Position numbers and translations under genes: made by a program. The notes below the pieces were generated by a model, which did no database searches, was not told the DNA's origin, and saw only the letters and a list, made by a program, of their open reading frames with translations. A stretch of DNA of 64,000 nucleotides from Patescibacteria group bacterium (GTDB lineage Bacteria > Patescibacteriota > Patescibacteriia > PEXW01), in NCBI GenBank assembly GCA_041665345.1, contig JBAYJA010000001.1, positions 265,206 through 329,205 of the forward strand. Direction: 5' to 3'. The first letter of the stretch is position 1. Every line of letters begins with the position of its first letter. Shown here piece after piece: positions 16,702-25,647 of this stretch.

Positions 16702-18753
16702 ATGTCTGTGAAGCGATACAAACTCTACCTCGCTTCAGGAATTCGGTTGTGGACCATGTACTTTCAAAAGGCGTACACACCCTTTTTTAATCGAAAAGTT
16801 GATCTCTTTCAACCGGCATTGATTGATAAACAGTATACTGGTGATCATCGGAATATTCCCATTCGGATAGCAACGAAAGATCTGGGGGAAATTAATGCTT
16901 GTGATGCAATTTTGGCGTACATGAAGATGTACGATACCCAGGATAACGGACCAGCTGGGACGGATAGCACTTGGGAGTGTGGGTATGCTATTGGTAAGGA
17001 AAAACCTACCATTATGATAGTTGAGGACATTCAGCACTTAGACTACTACTCAGCGCAGTGGATGGTGACTTTTAGCATCGGAGCAATCTTGACAACGGAT
17101 AAACAAGTCGCTGAACAAGCGAAAAATCACGATAAGTTTACACACACGACAATACTCTATTGTGACTCAAAAGCGCAGTTTGAGAAGAAAATCATTGCGT
17201 ACCTTGATCAGTACTACAAGTCCATCTACGCGCGGGAGGGGATAATAAACTACTCGGTTGATCAAGAGCTTCGGGCGTACAGCCAGCAATCGTATATTTC
17301 GGGAATCCTTTCTAAGTGTCACACCACAGCATTTTCAAGTTTTGGGGCTGATGCAGAAATATTTGAAAAACAATTTTGCGCGCTCTACGGCCAAAAGAAA
17401 TTCAAGGCGAATACTGCAACCTATCAGGCCGTATGTAACCACGAAATAGAACGCGCGAGGATTGTACAAAAAATTATAAGAAATGATGTTAAAGATGTGG
17501 TGCCATTTTTACAAACTTATATTCGCCAGGCCATACAAAGTCTTGAGGGGAAACCAAGCATCAATAAGGTTGCACAAATGATTTCTTACTGGCTGCAAAT
17601 CCCAGCGGAAGCAGTCAAAGGCCACAAGCAGGGAAGGAAGAAAACTCGACCTGCTATCTTTTTTGAACTTCACGATTTGGTTAGTCATCACGTAGTAGCG
17701 ACAGATCGCTACTTTGGTGAGCACTTCGTTTACCAGGCTGGTGCGGTGTTGGAGGTATACAATTGGCTGAACACGTACGCCATTGATGATGTATTCGATA
17801 ATTCCCGCACGCGACAAGGGCAGTTGACGTTACATGAAAAGTATAATAGTCGAAAAAATGCCATCCTACTCGGAAGTATTGGGCACTGCCTTTCACTTAT
17901 TTTGCTGCATGGATTGACAAAAGAGAAACCCGTTGTCGCTATGTCTCTCCTCCGCGCCCTCAACGATGTGCAGTTTGTCATGTACCATGGTCAGCAGCTT
18001 GACCTACGCTTAAGTTTTTCCTCTCCGAAGTCCCTTCAAACATATCTACGCGGCCATTCCTTGCATTCCGCAATGGAGGATTATTTTTCTCGTATTTATG
18101 GGATTTGCGGTTCATTTTATGAAGAGATTGGCCGAATGGCAATGCGGTCAACAAACGTGGGGGCGCAATTTTATAACCAGAAAGCTGCGGAGGACGCATG
18201 CATTACTATTGCAAAATACTTCGGCTTAGTACAAATGATCCGGAATGACTTAGGTGATTTACTCCTACCCGAAGACCTTTCAGGAATGAGTAAAGGTATG
18301 AAAGATACCTCCCATAATGATGTCATGGAAGGGAAGTTGACGCTGCCTATATTGTATACATTGCTCAATAAACGGACCACGAGCAAAGACCGGAATATTT
18401 TCATTCATCTCATAGGAAAGCAACATTTGACGGCAAAGAATCGGAAAGATATTAGCCGAATCATTTGGGAAAGCGGCGCTATCGAATACTGCCTGCAGTT
18501 TGTTGCATACTACGCAAAGCAGGTGCGCGAGCAGTATGTAAAGCATATCCATGAAACTCCAACACGGTTAAAGTGGATTCTCAAACTTATGGATGTTACA
18601 CCTTTAATAAACGTCACCTTTCGTCGAATAGCTATTACTAACGGTTGGCGAAAACTAGAACTTGAGCCCCTCGCGTCGGAGTACCTGTTGAAAATTGAAA
18701 AGTTGACTACCCGTGAGGCGTTCTTAGCGGCTTTTTCTCGTAAGAGAAGCTAA
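16702..18753 (+). CDS. fusion protein: N-terminal nucleoside 2-deoxyribosyltransferase-like domain plus C-terminal trans-isoprenyl diphosphate synthase-like domain with a degenerate second Asp-rich motif
   Basis: NDT-like blocks: YLASG...PFFNRK and GTDSTWECGYAIGKEKPTIMIVED, the catalytic Glu block (compare NDT ...GMELGYA...K.V....P). Isoprenyl-diphosphate-synthase blocks: QGRKKTRPA, IDDVFDNSRTRQG (FARM), GQQLD, VQMIRNDLGD (SARM with DD changed to RN), MEGKLTLPILY. GC is about 42-45%. Confidence 0.6.
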   Translation: MSVKRYKLYLASGIRLWTMYFQKAYTPFFNRKVDLFQPALIDKQYTGDHRNIPIRIATKDLGEINACDAILAYMKMYDTQDNGPAGTDSTWECGYAIGKEKPTIMIVEDIQHLDYYSAQWMVTFSIGAILTTDKQVAEQAKNHDKFTHTTILYCDSKAQFEKKIIAYLDQYYKSIYAREGIINYSVDQELRAYSQQSYISGILSKCHTTAFSSFGADAEIFEKQFCALYGQKKFKANTATYQAVCNHEIERARIVQKIIRNDVKDVVPFLQTYIRQAIQSLEGKPSINKVAQMISYWLQIPAEAVKGHKQGRKKTRPAIFFELHDLVSHHVVATDRYFGEHFVYQAGAVLEVYNWLNTYAIDDVFDNSRTRQGQLTLHEKYNSRKNAILLGSIGHCLSLILLHGLTKEKPVVAMSLLRALNDVQFVMYHGQQLDLRLSFSSPKSLQTYLRGHSLHSAMEDYFSRIYGICGSFYEEIGRMAMRSTNVGAQFYNQKAAEDACITIAKYFGLVQMIRNDLGDLLLPEDLSGMSKGMKDTSHNDVMEGKLTLPILYTLLNKRTTSKDRNIFIHLIGKQHLTAKNRKDISRIIWESGAIEYCLQFVAYYAKQVREQYVKHIHETPTRLKWILKLMDVTPLINVTFRRIAITNGWRKLELEPLASEYLLKIEKLTTREAFLAAFSRKRS

Positions 18754-18874
18754 ACTCTGAACACCAGCACTTGAGCGCAAACACAGCCATACGGGTACCT
18801 GGGTTATTTTGACCCTGGCCGCTTTTCGCCGTACACTGAAGGTAATATAAAACGTCACAACCAGGAGGTCGAGC

Positions 18875-19447
18875 ATGAAGGAAAAGATCATTTCCAACTT
18901 CGTACCCTTCCCTCAGTGTCCGTACACCGACGCCCCCTATGTGCTGTGGTTTTTTGCACAACGGTATCTGCAAGTGCAGCATCACGTGCCTGAGTACTAC
19001 CTGTACAAGTGCGAGCTCGAGCGAGATTACATTAGCGGCCTATTTCAATTGCAGCAGGCTTGCTTGCGCGCAGAAGCGGTGAGTACAGACGATATTCTTT
19101 TTCAGGAAGCGGGTACTATTGCGCAGCATATTCTTGCAACGAGTAGTTTTAAGGATTTTCGGGGTAGGAGACAGCGTTACACCAGGCGGTTTTGGCGAGC
19201 TACTGAGCGATTACTAGCAATTACCGAATACCTGCAGATCCCCATACAATTGCAGGACATACGGTCTCATCAGTGGCTCATCGTTGCCAATTTTGCACAT
19301 GCCGCAGGGCTTCAAGGATCAGCATTCTTACGCTACGTGCAAAGATTTGGCGAAGAAGCAATTCAACGTCTGGTTATTCATAACGCAGGAGACCTATACT
19401 CCACGGTTATGCGGGAACGGGACACAAATGCAAGAGTACGTTGGTAG
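18875..19447 (+). CDS. hypothetical protein
   Basis: ORF only. It is in the same lower-GC patch as the fusion gene. Confidence 0.4.
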   Translation: MKEKIISNFVPFPQCPYTDAPYVLWFFAQRYLQVQHHVPEYYLYKCELERDYISGLFQLQQACLRAEAVSTDDILFQEAGTIAQHILATSSFKDFRGRRQRYTRRFWRATERLLAITEYLQIPIQLQDIRSHQWLIVANFAHAAGLQGSAFLRYVQRFGEEAIQRLVIHNAGDLYSTVMRERDTNARVRW

Positions 19448-19636
19448 TGCAGCAGAGTCTGCTCCGTTTCATTAATATGGAACGGAGTTTTTTTATAATG
19501 ACGAATGTACGTCCGCCAGAGGCGGATCTACCTCCCTCTGGGGTGGAACCCGGGTTTGAGACTGGCGGAAATAGGGATAGGGGAGGGTTTCGTTGGTGCG
19601 GCTACGGGAGGGTAAAGTGGTATACTGCAAATACCC

Positions 19637-20026
19637 ATGACTGAGCTGACCACCACCAATCCCGCAGTCTTCCTCTTCCGGGAATTTGTCCAGGATATTT
19701 TGCTATTCCCGGTGTGGTGGTATGGCAAAGGCCTGGCCAAAGCCAGCACCGCGCTCTGGCATCGCACCACTGAATTTGTACAGCGGAGCCGGTGGAGCCC
19801 GGTGATTTGGGTCAAGAATTTATTCGTGCCCATGTACGGCGACTATACGAAGAGTGGCCGCGCCATTAGCTTCTTCGTTCGCACAGTGGTGGCACTAGCG
19901 CTTACCGTTGTTCTGGTGGTCGTACTCCTCATCTACCTTGCGGCATTTTGCCTGTACCTTCTGGCTCCAGTACTTACGGTGTACTACGTGCTGTACCAAA
20001 TTTTCCATTTGCCCTGGCTGATCTAA
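19637..20026 (+). CDS. small integral membrane protein
   Basis: Two or three hydrophobic helices. It is immediately upstream of the Clp ATPase gene. Confidence 0.45.
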   Translation: MTELTTTNPAVFLFREFVQDILLFPVWWYGKGLAKASTALWHRTTEFVQRSRWSPVIWVKNLFVPMYGDYTKSGRAISFFVRTVVALALTVVLVVVLLIYLAAFCLYLLAPVLTVYYVLYQIFHLPWLI

Positions 20027-22759
20027 ATGGCACCCCTACCAAACAGACTCATTGTCACCTGCCCCGCGTGCGTGCACGCTGACGGGGATTGTCCAGCGTG
20101 TGGGAACACCCGGGCGGCGTTGTGGCTCATGGGTCGGCTCTTCGTCTGGCACCGCCGGGTGGACAGGCTGCATATTACCCAGCAGCAGTTGCAGCGTACC
20201 TTACACAGGATTATTGATCTTACCTTAGGTGCCCTGGGTATCGCGGGAATTGTCTTCTTAATCATCGAAGGGCTGCACCTCAAACCTGTTGCGAGTCTGG
20301 ACAGTGTGGTGCACTTTTTGGGTACGCGAACCTGGTACATGCTTGGTTTTAGTATCTCGCTTCTTGCAGATATTGTTTTGGTGAACCGCCTACGCCGGCG
20401 CTACCAGGAGCAAGTCTTGGTTGCACACCGGGATGGTGAACTTTTGGCAGTTCCACCCCCGCCCCTGGCTTGGGAAGATGTGATGCACCAGCAAGTCCGT
20501 TTTGAAAATGTGGCGCCGGCATTTGCCGTTACCGCCATGCGTGCCGTGGAAGGAGCTTGGAACTTGGCCGAACGCTTTGGTCATGCGCGGGTGGATACAC
20601 TCCACTTGTTTGCCGCACTCTTCGCGTTCCCAGACGTGCAAATTGTCTTTGGCCGCCTGGGTGTGCCAGGCAAGCCCCTCAGCGATCGCGTGAATCGTGC
20701 GTTAACAGGTTTGCCGCGCGCCACGCACGCTCCCAAGGTCAGCACTGATCTGCACACCACCCTTTTGCATGCGTACGCAGAGGCAGTGGAAGCGGGTCGT
20801 CCTGTGGTGGATGTGACGGAACTCCTCATCGCGGTGTACAACGACGCACTGGTGGTGGAAATCCTGGCTGACCTGGGGATTGATGCGCAGAAACTTCGCA
20901 ACGTCGTGGCATGGATTTCCATTTCCCGGCAGCTGTCTCGCACCCACACGGCTTGGGCACGGCGCGCGCGGTACCGGTCCAAGAAGACCACCATGAACCG
21001 GGCGTTCACTGCCATTGCCACACCCATGCTGGACCGCACCAGCCGGGATCTGACGCAACTGGCGCGGCTGGGTATGCTGGCACCATGCATTGGCCGGGAA
21101 CGGGAATTCGAAGAGCTGTTCCGCATTTTTGAAAGCGGGCGGTCCAACCCCATGCTGGTGGGTTTGCCTGGTGTGGGGAAGACGACCATTGTGGAAGGCT
21201 TGGCACAGCGCATGGTGGCCGAAGATGTACCACCCTCACTCCAAGATAAACGCTTGGTGAGCTTGTCCGTATCGTCCCTGGTTAGTGCCGCTGGACGCCA
21301 AGGAGAATTGGAAGAGCGCTTCACCATTATCCTCAACGAAATTGTCCGTTCTGGAAACATCATTCTCTACATCGACAACCTGCAGAATATGATGGGACTC
21401 ACTACTGCCGGTGGTTCCAAAATGGATTTGGCAGAAATGCTGGCGCAGGCTTTGGGGCAGCGTGCGTTCCTTGCCATTGCCACCACGAATCCAGTGGATG
21501 AGCATCGGTACATTGAGAAGTCGGGGGTGACTTCAGTCTTCCAGCGTTTGCCCATCAACGAAGTGGATACGAATGGCGCCATCCAGATTCTAGAAGGCAA
21601 GGTTGGGCACATTGAAGCCAAGCACCAAGTAGTCTTCAGCTACGATGCCATTGAACGCGCAGTGGTGCTGTCCCAGCGCTACGTGCATGACCGGTACCTG
21701 CCAGAGAAAGCCGTGACCATTGCAGAGGAAGCGGCGGTCTTCGTCCATAAGACCCGCGGGAAGAACCAAACCGTAAGTGGGGAGGATGTAGCGGCCATTG
21801 TGTCCGAGCGGACAAATGTGCCAGTCACCCAGGTGACAGAAGCTGAAACGGAAAAGCTGCTGCACTTGGAAGAGAAAATTTATGAACGAGTCATTGGCCA
21901 GGAAGAAGCCGTGCATGCCGTGTCGGCCGCCCTCCGCCGTGCCCGGGCTGAGTTGCGCGACGCCAAGCGGCCCATTGCCACCTTCCTCTTTCTGGGACCA
22001 ACCGGGGTTGGAAAAACTGAACTCTCCAAAGCCGTGGCTGAAGTGTACTTTGGGAATGAGCAGAGCATGATTCGTTTGGATATGTCGGAGTACCAAGTAC
22101 AGTCCAGCCTCACCCGGCTCATTGGTAATCCAGACACAGGGGAGAGTGGTTTTCTCACTGAGGCGGTACGGAAGAATCCTTTCACTTTGCTCTTGCTGGA
22201 CGAATTGGAAAAAGCCCACCCAGACATTCTCAACGTCTTCTTGCAGGTCATGGATGATGGTCGGCTCACGGACAGCGGTGGCCGCACCGTGGATTTCACC
22301 AATGTCATCCTCATTGCTACGTCGAACGCTGGTACTTCCACTATCCAAGCCGGGATTAAAGCCGGCGAATCCTTGGAGCACATCCGTCAACATTTGGTGG
22401 ACGAAGAGCTTGCGCGGTACTACCGTCCAGAATTCCTCAACCGTTTTGACGGCATTATCGTCTTCAAGCCCTTGGACTTTGAGCAGGTCGTTGCCATTGC
22501 CCGCCTCATGCTGAAGCAAGTTCAGTCACAGCTGAAGGAGAAGGGGATTACCCTTCGCGTCACAGATCCAGCGTTGGTAGAACTGGCGGAAAAAGGCTTT
22601 GATCCACAGTTTGGCGCCCGGCCCCTGCGTCGTGCCATGCAAGAGCATTTGGACAACGTCCTGGCCAACGCCTTGCTGAAGGGAACGCTTGCCCGGCGTG
22701 ATGTAGCTATTCTGGAACCCGGTGGCAATATTCGGGTGGAGAAGGCGAGGGAGCTGTAG
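20027..22759 (+). CDS. ClpC/ClpB-like two-ring AAA+ chaperone with an N-terminal zinc ribbon and two TM helices
   Basis: N-terminal CPACVHADGDCPACGN plus two hydrophobic helices. Clp_N-like repeats follow. D1 Walker A is GLPGVGKTT and D1 Walker B reads ILYIDNLQN (DN, not DE). D2 Walker A is GPTGVGKTE and D2 Walker B is LLLDELEKAH. The middle region is short and no [LIV]GF ClpP loop is seen. Confidence 0.8.
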   Translation: MAPLPNRLIVTCPACVHADGDCPACGNTRAALWLMGRLFVWHRRVDRLHITQQQLQRTLHRIIDLTLGALGIAGIVFLIIEGLHLKPVASLDSVVHFLGTRTWYMLGFSISLLADIVLVNRLRRRYQEQVLVAHRDGELLAVPPPPLAWEDVMHQQVRFENVAPAFAVTAMRAVEGAWNLAERFGHARVDTLHLFAALFAFPDVQIVFGRLGVPGKPLSDRVNRALTGLPRATHAPKVSTDLHTTLLHAYAEAVEAGRPVVDVTELLIAVYNDALVVEILADLGIDAQKLRNVVAWISISRQLSRTHTAWARRARYRSKKTTMNRAFTAIATPMLDRTSRDLTQLARLGMLAPCIGREREFEELFRIFESGRSNPMLVGLPGVGKTTIVEGLAQRMVAEDVPPSLQDKRLVSLSVSSLVSAAGRQGELEERFTIILNEIVRSGNIILYIDNLQNMMGLTTAGGSKMDLAEMLAQALGQRAFLAIATTNPVDEHRYIEKSGVTSVFQRLPINEVDTNGAIQILEGKVGHIEAKHQVVFSYDAIERAVVLSQRYVHDRYLPEKAVTIAEEAAVFVHKTRGKNQTVSGEDVAAIVSERTNVPVTQVTEAETEKLLHLEEKIYERVIGQEEAVHAVSAALRRARAELRDAKRPIATFLFLGPTGVGKTELSKAVAEVYFGNEQSMIRLDMSEYQVQSSLTRLIGNPDTGESGFLTEAVRKNPFTLLLLDELEKAHPDILNVFLQVMDDGRLTDSGGRTVDFTNVILIATSNAGTSTIQAGIKAGESLEHIRQHLVDEELARYYRPEFLNRFDGIIVFKPLDFEQVVAIARLMLKQVQSQLKEKGITLRVTDPALVELAEKGFDPQFGARPLRRAMQEHLDNVLANALLKGTLARRDVAILEPGGNIRVEKAREL

Positions 22760-22812
22760 GGGGAAGCTGTAGAGCCTTAGTGCTGTAAAGCTGTAGAGGC
22801 TTTTTTAACACA

Positions 22813-22841
22813 ACCCAGAGCGGCTTTTCTAAGCCGCGTGG
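22813..22841. repeat. post-stop hairpin repeat (copy 2)
   Basis: acccagagcggcttttctaagccgcgtgg, compare 7558..7587. Confidence 0.5.
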
Positions 22842-22925
22842 TCTGTATATTGATAAAAGGCAGAGATACATACCTTGACGTTGTCTCATGTCCAGCGTAA
22901 GGTATGAGCAAACCAAGGAGGAAAC

Positions 22926-23321
22926 GTGCCCTTTATTATTACCGCATTAAAACAATGTAGCGCAGAAACGTGGAGAAAATTCCATCAGTTGTACCATGGC
23001 GATGCCAGCCTCATAGAGCTTCAAGAGAAGTACGGGTTGGTCGGGAAGGTTGACTGGCGTACAGATACCAATTGTAAAGCCGCCAAGCGTGGTGGAATAG
23101 CAATTACATTTGTACGGATCCTCAAACCGGATGAATCGCCTGAACCTTTACCGCCAGGTTTCCTTGAAGAAGCAACGCTCCGTCTGCGCGCTTTGTATCG
23201 AAAAACTCCTTTCCCAGTCTCCTTTCATGTTCATCCTACTGGTATGACCCTGGAAGAGATACAAGCAGAGCAGAAGAGCTGGAATGTGTACTGTGAAATG
23301 GCCTGGGCTGCGTCTGGGTAG
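22926..23321 (+). CDS. hypothetical protein (GTG start, RBS aaggagg)
   Basis: ORF with a strong SD 7 nt upstream. It is low GC. Confidence 0.45.
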   Translation: MPFIITALKQCSAETWRKFHQLYHGDASLIELQEKYGLVGKVDWRTDTNCKAAKRGGIAITFVRILKPDESPEPLPPGFLEEATLRLRALYRKTPFPVSFHVHPTGMTLEEIQAEQKSWNVYCEMAWAASG

Positions 23322-23436
23322 AGTATGGGGCCGCTTGCTTTTGCAGGCGGCTTTTCCTCATTGACAAAGTTGGTCGTTCTCGTTAGGGTATTCGGAAACA
23401 TACCCACGTTGAAAATTGAAAGAAAGTGAGGAATAG

Positions 23437-24609
23437 ATGGAAAAGTTTGGTGGAAAGCAGGAGCGCCGTATTCCCGTCATTATTGAAGATGGGAAACGCG
23501 TGCCAATGCTGGCACGGCGACTGTTCGACAGCTCGCTGCATGTCATTACTGAGTCTGGAAAGTACCAGGGCTGGATGACGCACCCAAAGTGGGATGTGAC
23601 TGCAGCGCAGAAGAGGAGCAAGAAGTTTATCCCAAGTAATGTAGCGCACATCCCTGTCCCAGACGTGTACTGGCAGTATCGGCTGTTCACGCATGGCACG
23701 GAAAGGTACCAGCAGGATAAGCATGGAGAAATTCCACGCTTAGTGCAATCGTTGCAGCACCTGCATGAGTTGCACGGTTTACTGTTGGGAAATCTGGATT
23801 CACGCCGTATTGATTTGCTACGCCAGGAAATCAAGCGTGAGGTGATTGCGGTTGTTGCGTTTTTGGGTCCCAATGCCAATGAAACCCAAAAGAAACGCGC
23901 AATTAAACAGGCGATTGCCGTGGCTATCGGTAAAGATAGTTTAGATCGGTTCAACCCGGGTGCTTTTGCCGCCAGAATCGTGACGGCCATCAATGCAGTA
24001 CTCATTCGGGAAAGCGATGCAATTTCCATCAACGCAATTTTCGCACAGTGGCGACGGTTGGATCAATCCATGCTCTGTGTTATGGAATTTGAAGTTGACG
24101 CGCAGTACAGCTTTTTGCAGCGTGTCCTTTCCGAATGGGACAATCTTGTTCGGGATCGTCAGTCCGCTTTGCGCCGCAGACTTGTGAACAATGCAAGTTT
24201 GGTGCAAGCGTATGACTTGAATCCATTTCGTGAGACCTTCACGTACGTGGCACAGGAGTATGCGGAAGCGGAAAGCTTCTTGGCATCAAATCGGCCCTCG
24301 CTGGCCAAACCCTTGCTGGAAACAGCCTACGCAAGTTTGGGTCTGCGAAAAATTCGGGTGCAACTGGAAGCAGCAATGCTGATGGTGAGCCGGAAAGTGC
24401 GTTTTCCCATTGTGCCGTTTCCTTGGCCAAATGTTCGAAGTGGCATTAGCTCGAGCATCACCGAAATTGAACATCTGCAAACGAAGCACATGCGGGCATT
24501 TGATAAGCCCCTGGTTATTGCTGGGTTGCGAGATACAATTGGTCGCCTTGAGACATCAGCGTACGAGGATGCCCATGACCGTTTCCGGCAAACCATTCGC
24601 CTCATCTAG
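23437..24609 (+). CDS. hypothetical protein
   Basis: A 390-aa ORF with no recognisable motif. Confidence 0.45.
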   Translation: MEKFGGKQERRIPVIIEDGKRVPMLARRLFDSSLHVITESGKYQGWMTHPKWDVTAAQKRSKKFIPSNVAHIPVPDVYWQYRLFTHGTERYQQDKHGEIPRLVQSLQHLHELHGLLLGNLDSRRIDLLRQEIKREVIAVVAFLGPNANETQKKRAIKQAIAVAIGKDSLDRFNPGAFAARIVTAINAVLIRESDAISINAIFAQWRRLDQSMLCVMEFEVDAQYSFLQRVLSEWDNLVRDRQSALRRRLVNNASLVQAYDLNPFRETFTYVAQEYAEAESFLASNRPSLAKPLLETAYASLGLRKIRVQLEAAMLMVSRKVRFPIVPFPWPNVRSGISSSITEIEHLQTKHMRAFDKPLVIAGLRDTIGRLETSAYEDAHDRFRQTIRLI

Positions 24610-24741
24610 CCACGAGTTGACAGCTTTTCAGCTCGTCTGCTAAGGTGTGACTCACAGCACATTATGGTTAGTGGGGATGGCGGGCAGACTTTTTCTGTGA
24701 ATGACATCAGTCCCGATCCCTGCTACCTATTGATAAAAAAA

Positions 24742-24836
24742 CGGGAATTAGTTCAGTCGGTAGAACGCTCTTTGCTCGCATCGATTGAGAGCTTTACGAG
24801 CACGGAGAGGTCACAGGTTCAAGTCCTGTATTCCCG
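24742..24836 (+). tRNA. tRNA-like element (type II-like, 95 nt) with an expanded anticodon-loop region. It may be a pseudo-tRNA or a tRNA with a short insertion.
   Basis: Acceptor CGGGAAT/ATTCCCG, D-arm GTTC-AGTCGGTA-GAAC and T-arm ACAGG-TTCAAGT-CCTGT are all canonical. The anticodon stem GCTCT/AGAGC encloses a 14-nt loop and the variable region is about 21 nt. No clean 7-nt anticodon loop is found. Confidence 0.4.
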
Positions 24837-24845
24837 AAAAAAATT

Positions 24846-24959
24846 GGGACGAATGTAGCGGTAACGCCATGGAAGTATGGTGAGGTAGACGGGTAAGTGC
24901 AATCTGCCTTTCCAATCAACGATACGGCCTTGGTTCTGGTTCAAATCCAGGTCGTCCCA
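24846..24959 (+). tRNA. second tRNA-like element (114 nt, much too long for a standard tRNA)
   Basis: Acceptor GGGACGA/TCGTCCC plus discriminator A and T-arm TCTGG-TTCAAAT-CCAGG are canonical. About 60 nt of extra sequence lies between the D and T regions. An intrinsic terminator follows. Confidence 0.3.
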
Positions 24960-24974
24960 AAAATTGTTCATCAA

Positions 24975-25001
24975 AGCGCTTCATCACGAGGCGCTTTTTT
25001 C
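24975..25001 (+). terminator. intrinsic terminator after the tRNA-like pair
   Basis: agcgcttcatcacgaggcgct followed by tttttt. Confidence 0.6.
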
Positions 25002-25031
25002 TTGTTTATCATTCTAGGAATGTAAGTCCGG

Positions 25032-25568
25032 TTGCCTGTTGACGCAAAACAGCAAGCATGGCATGGTAGGGGAGAGCAAAAAATACACCACAAACAGAGA
25101 GGAGTGTGTCCTTTGGCAAATTGGTCGTTTAGTGAGGTCGTTGAAGTGCCGGTAGATTATGGTGATACGCGGAATACGGATCTCAATGACTTTTTTAATG
25201 TGAACCCACGTTTGGATACCGTTCGGTTGTTTCCTGCGAAGACAGGTCTTGGCGTGGTCACCAAAAGATTCCGGTTTATGAGGTCTGATAGCGGCTTTAC
25301 GACAGGTGAGGCCTTGCAAGCCATCACCGACAATGGTTACCGAAATCCAGATTTTGTGGAAACCCGAGCGTTTGACCGTGTGCAACCTGATTCCAAACAA
25401 GGTGCACCAATCGAGAGCTTCTGTGGTTTACTGCACGACCAAGACGGTTTTCAGTTCATTGCGTACATTCATATGGACGCTTCTGGATTGAGTGCCTTCT
25501 TCAACTGGCTTGGGTTCAAGCGGAAACCAACTGTGTTCATTCTCGTCGTTGACGAAACCTCGGACTAG
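25032..25568 (+). CDS. hypothetical protein (start uncertain)
   Basis: ORF with about 48% GC. A terminator follows. Confidence 0.35.
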   Translation: MPVDAKQQAWHGRGEQKIHHKQRGVCPLANWSFSEVVEVPVDYGDTRNTDLNDFFNVNPRLDTVRLFPAKTGLGVVTKRFRFMRSDSGFTTGEALQAITDNGYRNPDFVETRAFDRVQPDSKQGAPIESFCGLLHDQDGFQFIAYIHMDASGLSAFFNWLGFKRKPTVFILVVDETSD

Positions 25569-25579
25569 TGCGCCATACG

Positions 25580-25607
25580 CCAGGAGACTGCATCTCCTGG
25601 CTTTTTA
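25580..25607 (+). terminator. intrinsic terminator
   Basis: ccaggagactgcatctcctgg followed by cttttta. Confidence 0.55.
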
Positions 25608-25647
25608 TTTGCTCAACTGTGGACTTGTTAGTACACTGAGTATACCT

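Noticed and set aside
19441-19644. 67-aa plus-strand ORF in the spacer before the membrane-protein gene
   Set aside because: The translation has odd composition, and the region contains hairpins and a promoter-like TATACT for the next gene. It is more likely regulatory than coding.
20581-22519. Antisense ORFs 20581..21363, 21590..22519 and 21880..22383
   Set aside because: All lie inside the strongly supported Clp ATPase gene on the opposite strand.
24742-24836. tRNA-Sec (selC) interpretation of the 95-nt tRNA-like element
   Set aside because: The length fits, but the acceptor stem is 7 bp (not 8), the T-stem is 5 bp (standard), and there is no UCA anticodon in the loop.
25492-25647. N-terminal extension of glyS to the ATG at 25492
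   Set aside because: The extension overlaps the upstream gene and its terminator hairpin (25580..25607). Conserved GlyRS sequence begins at MSEPTK (25648).
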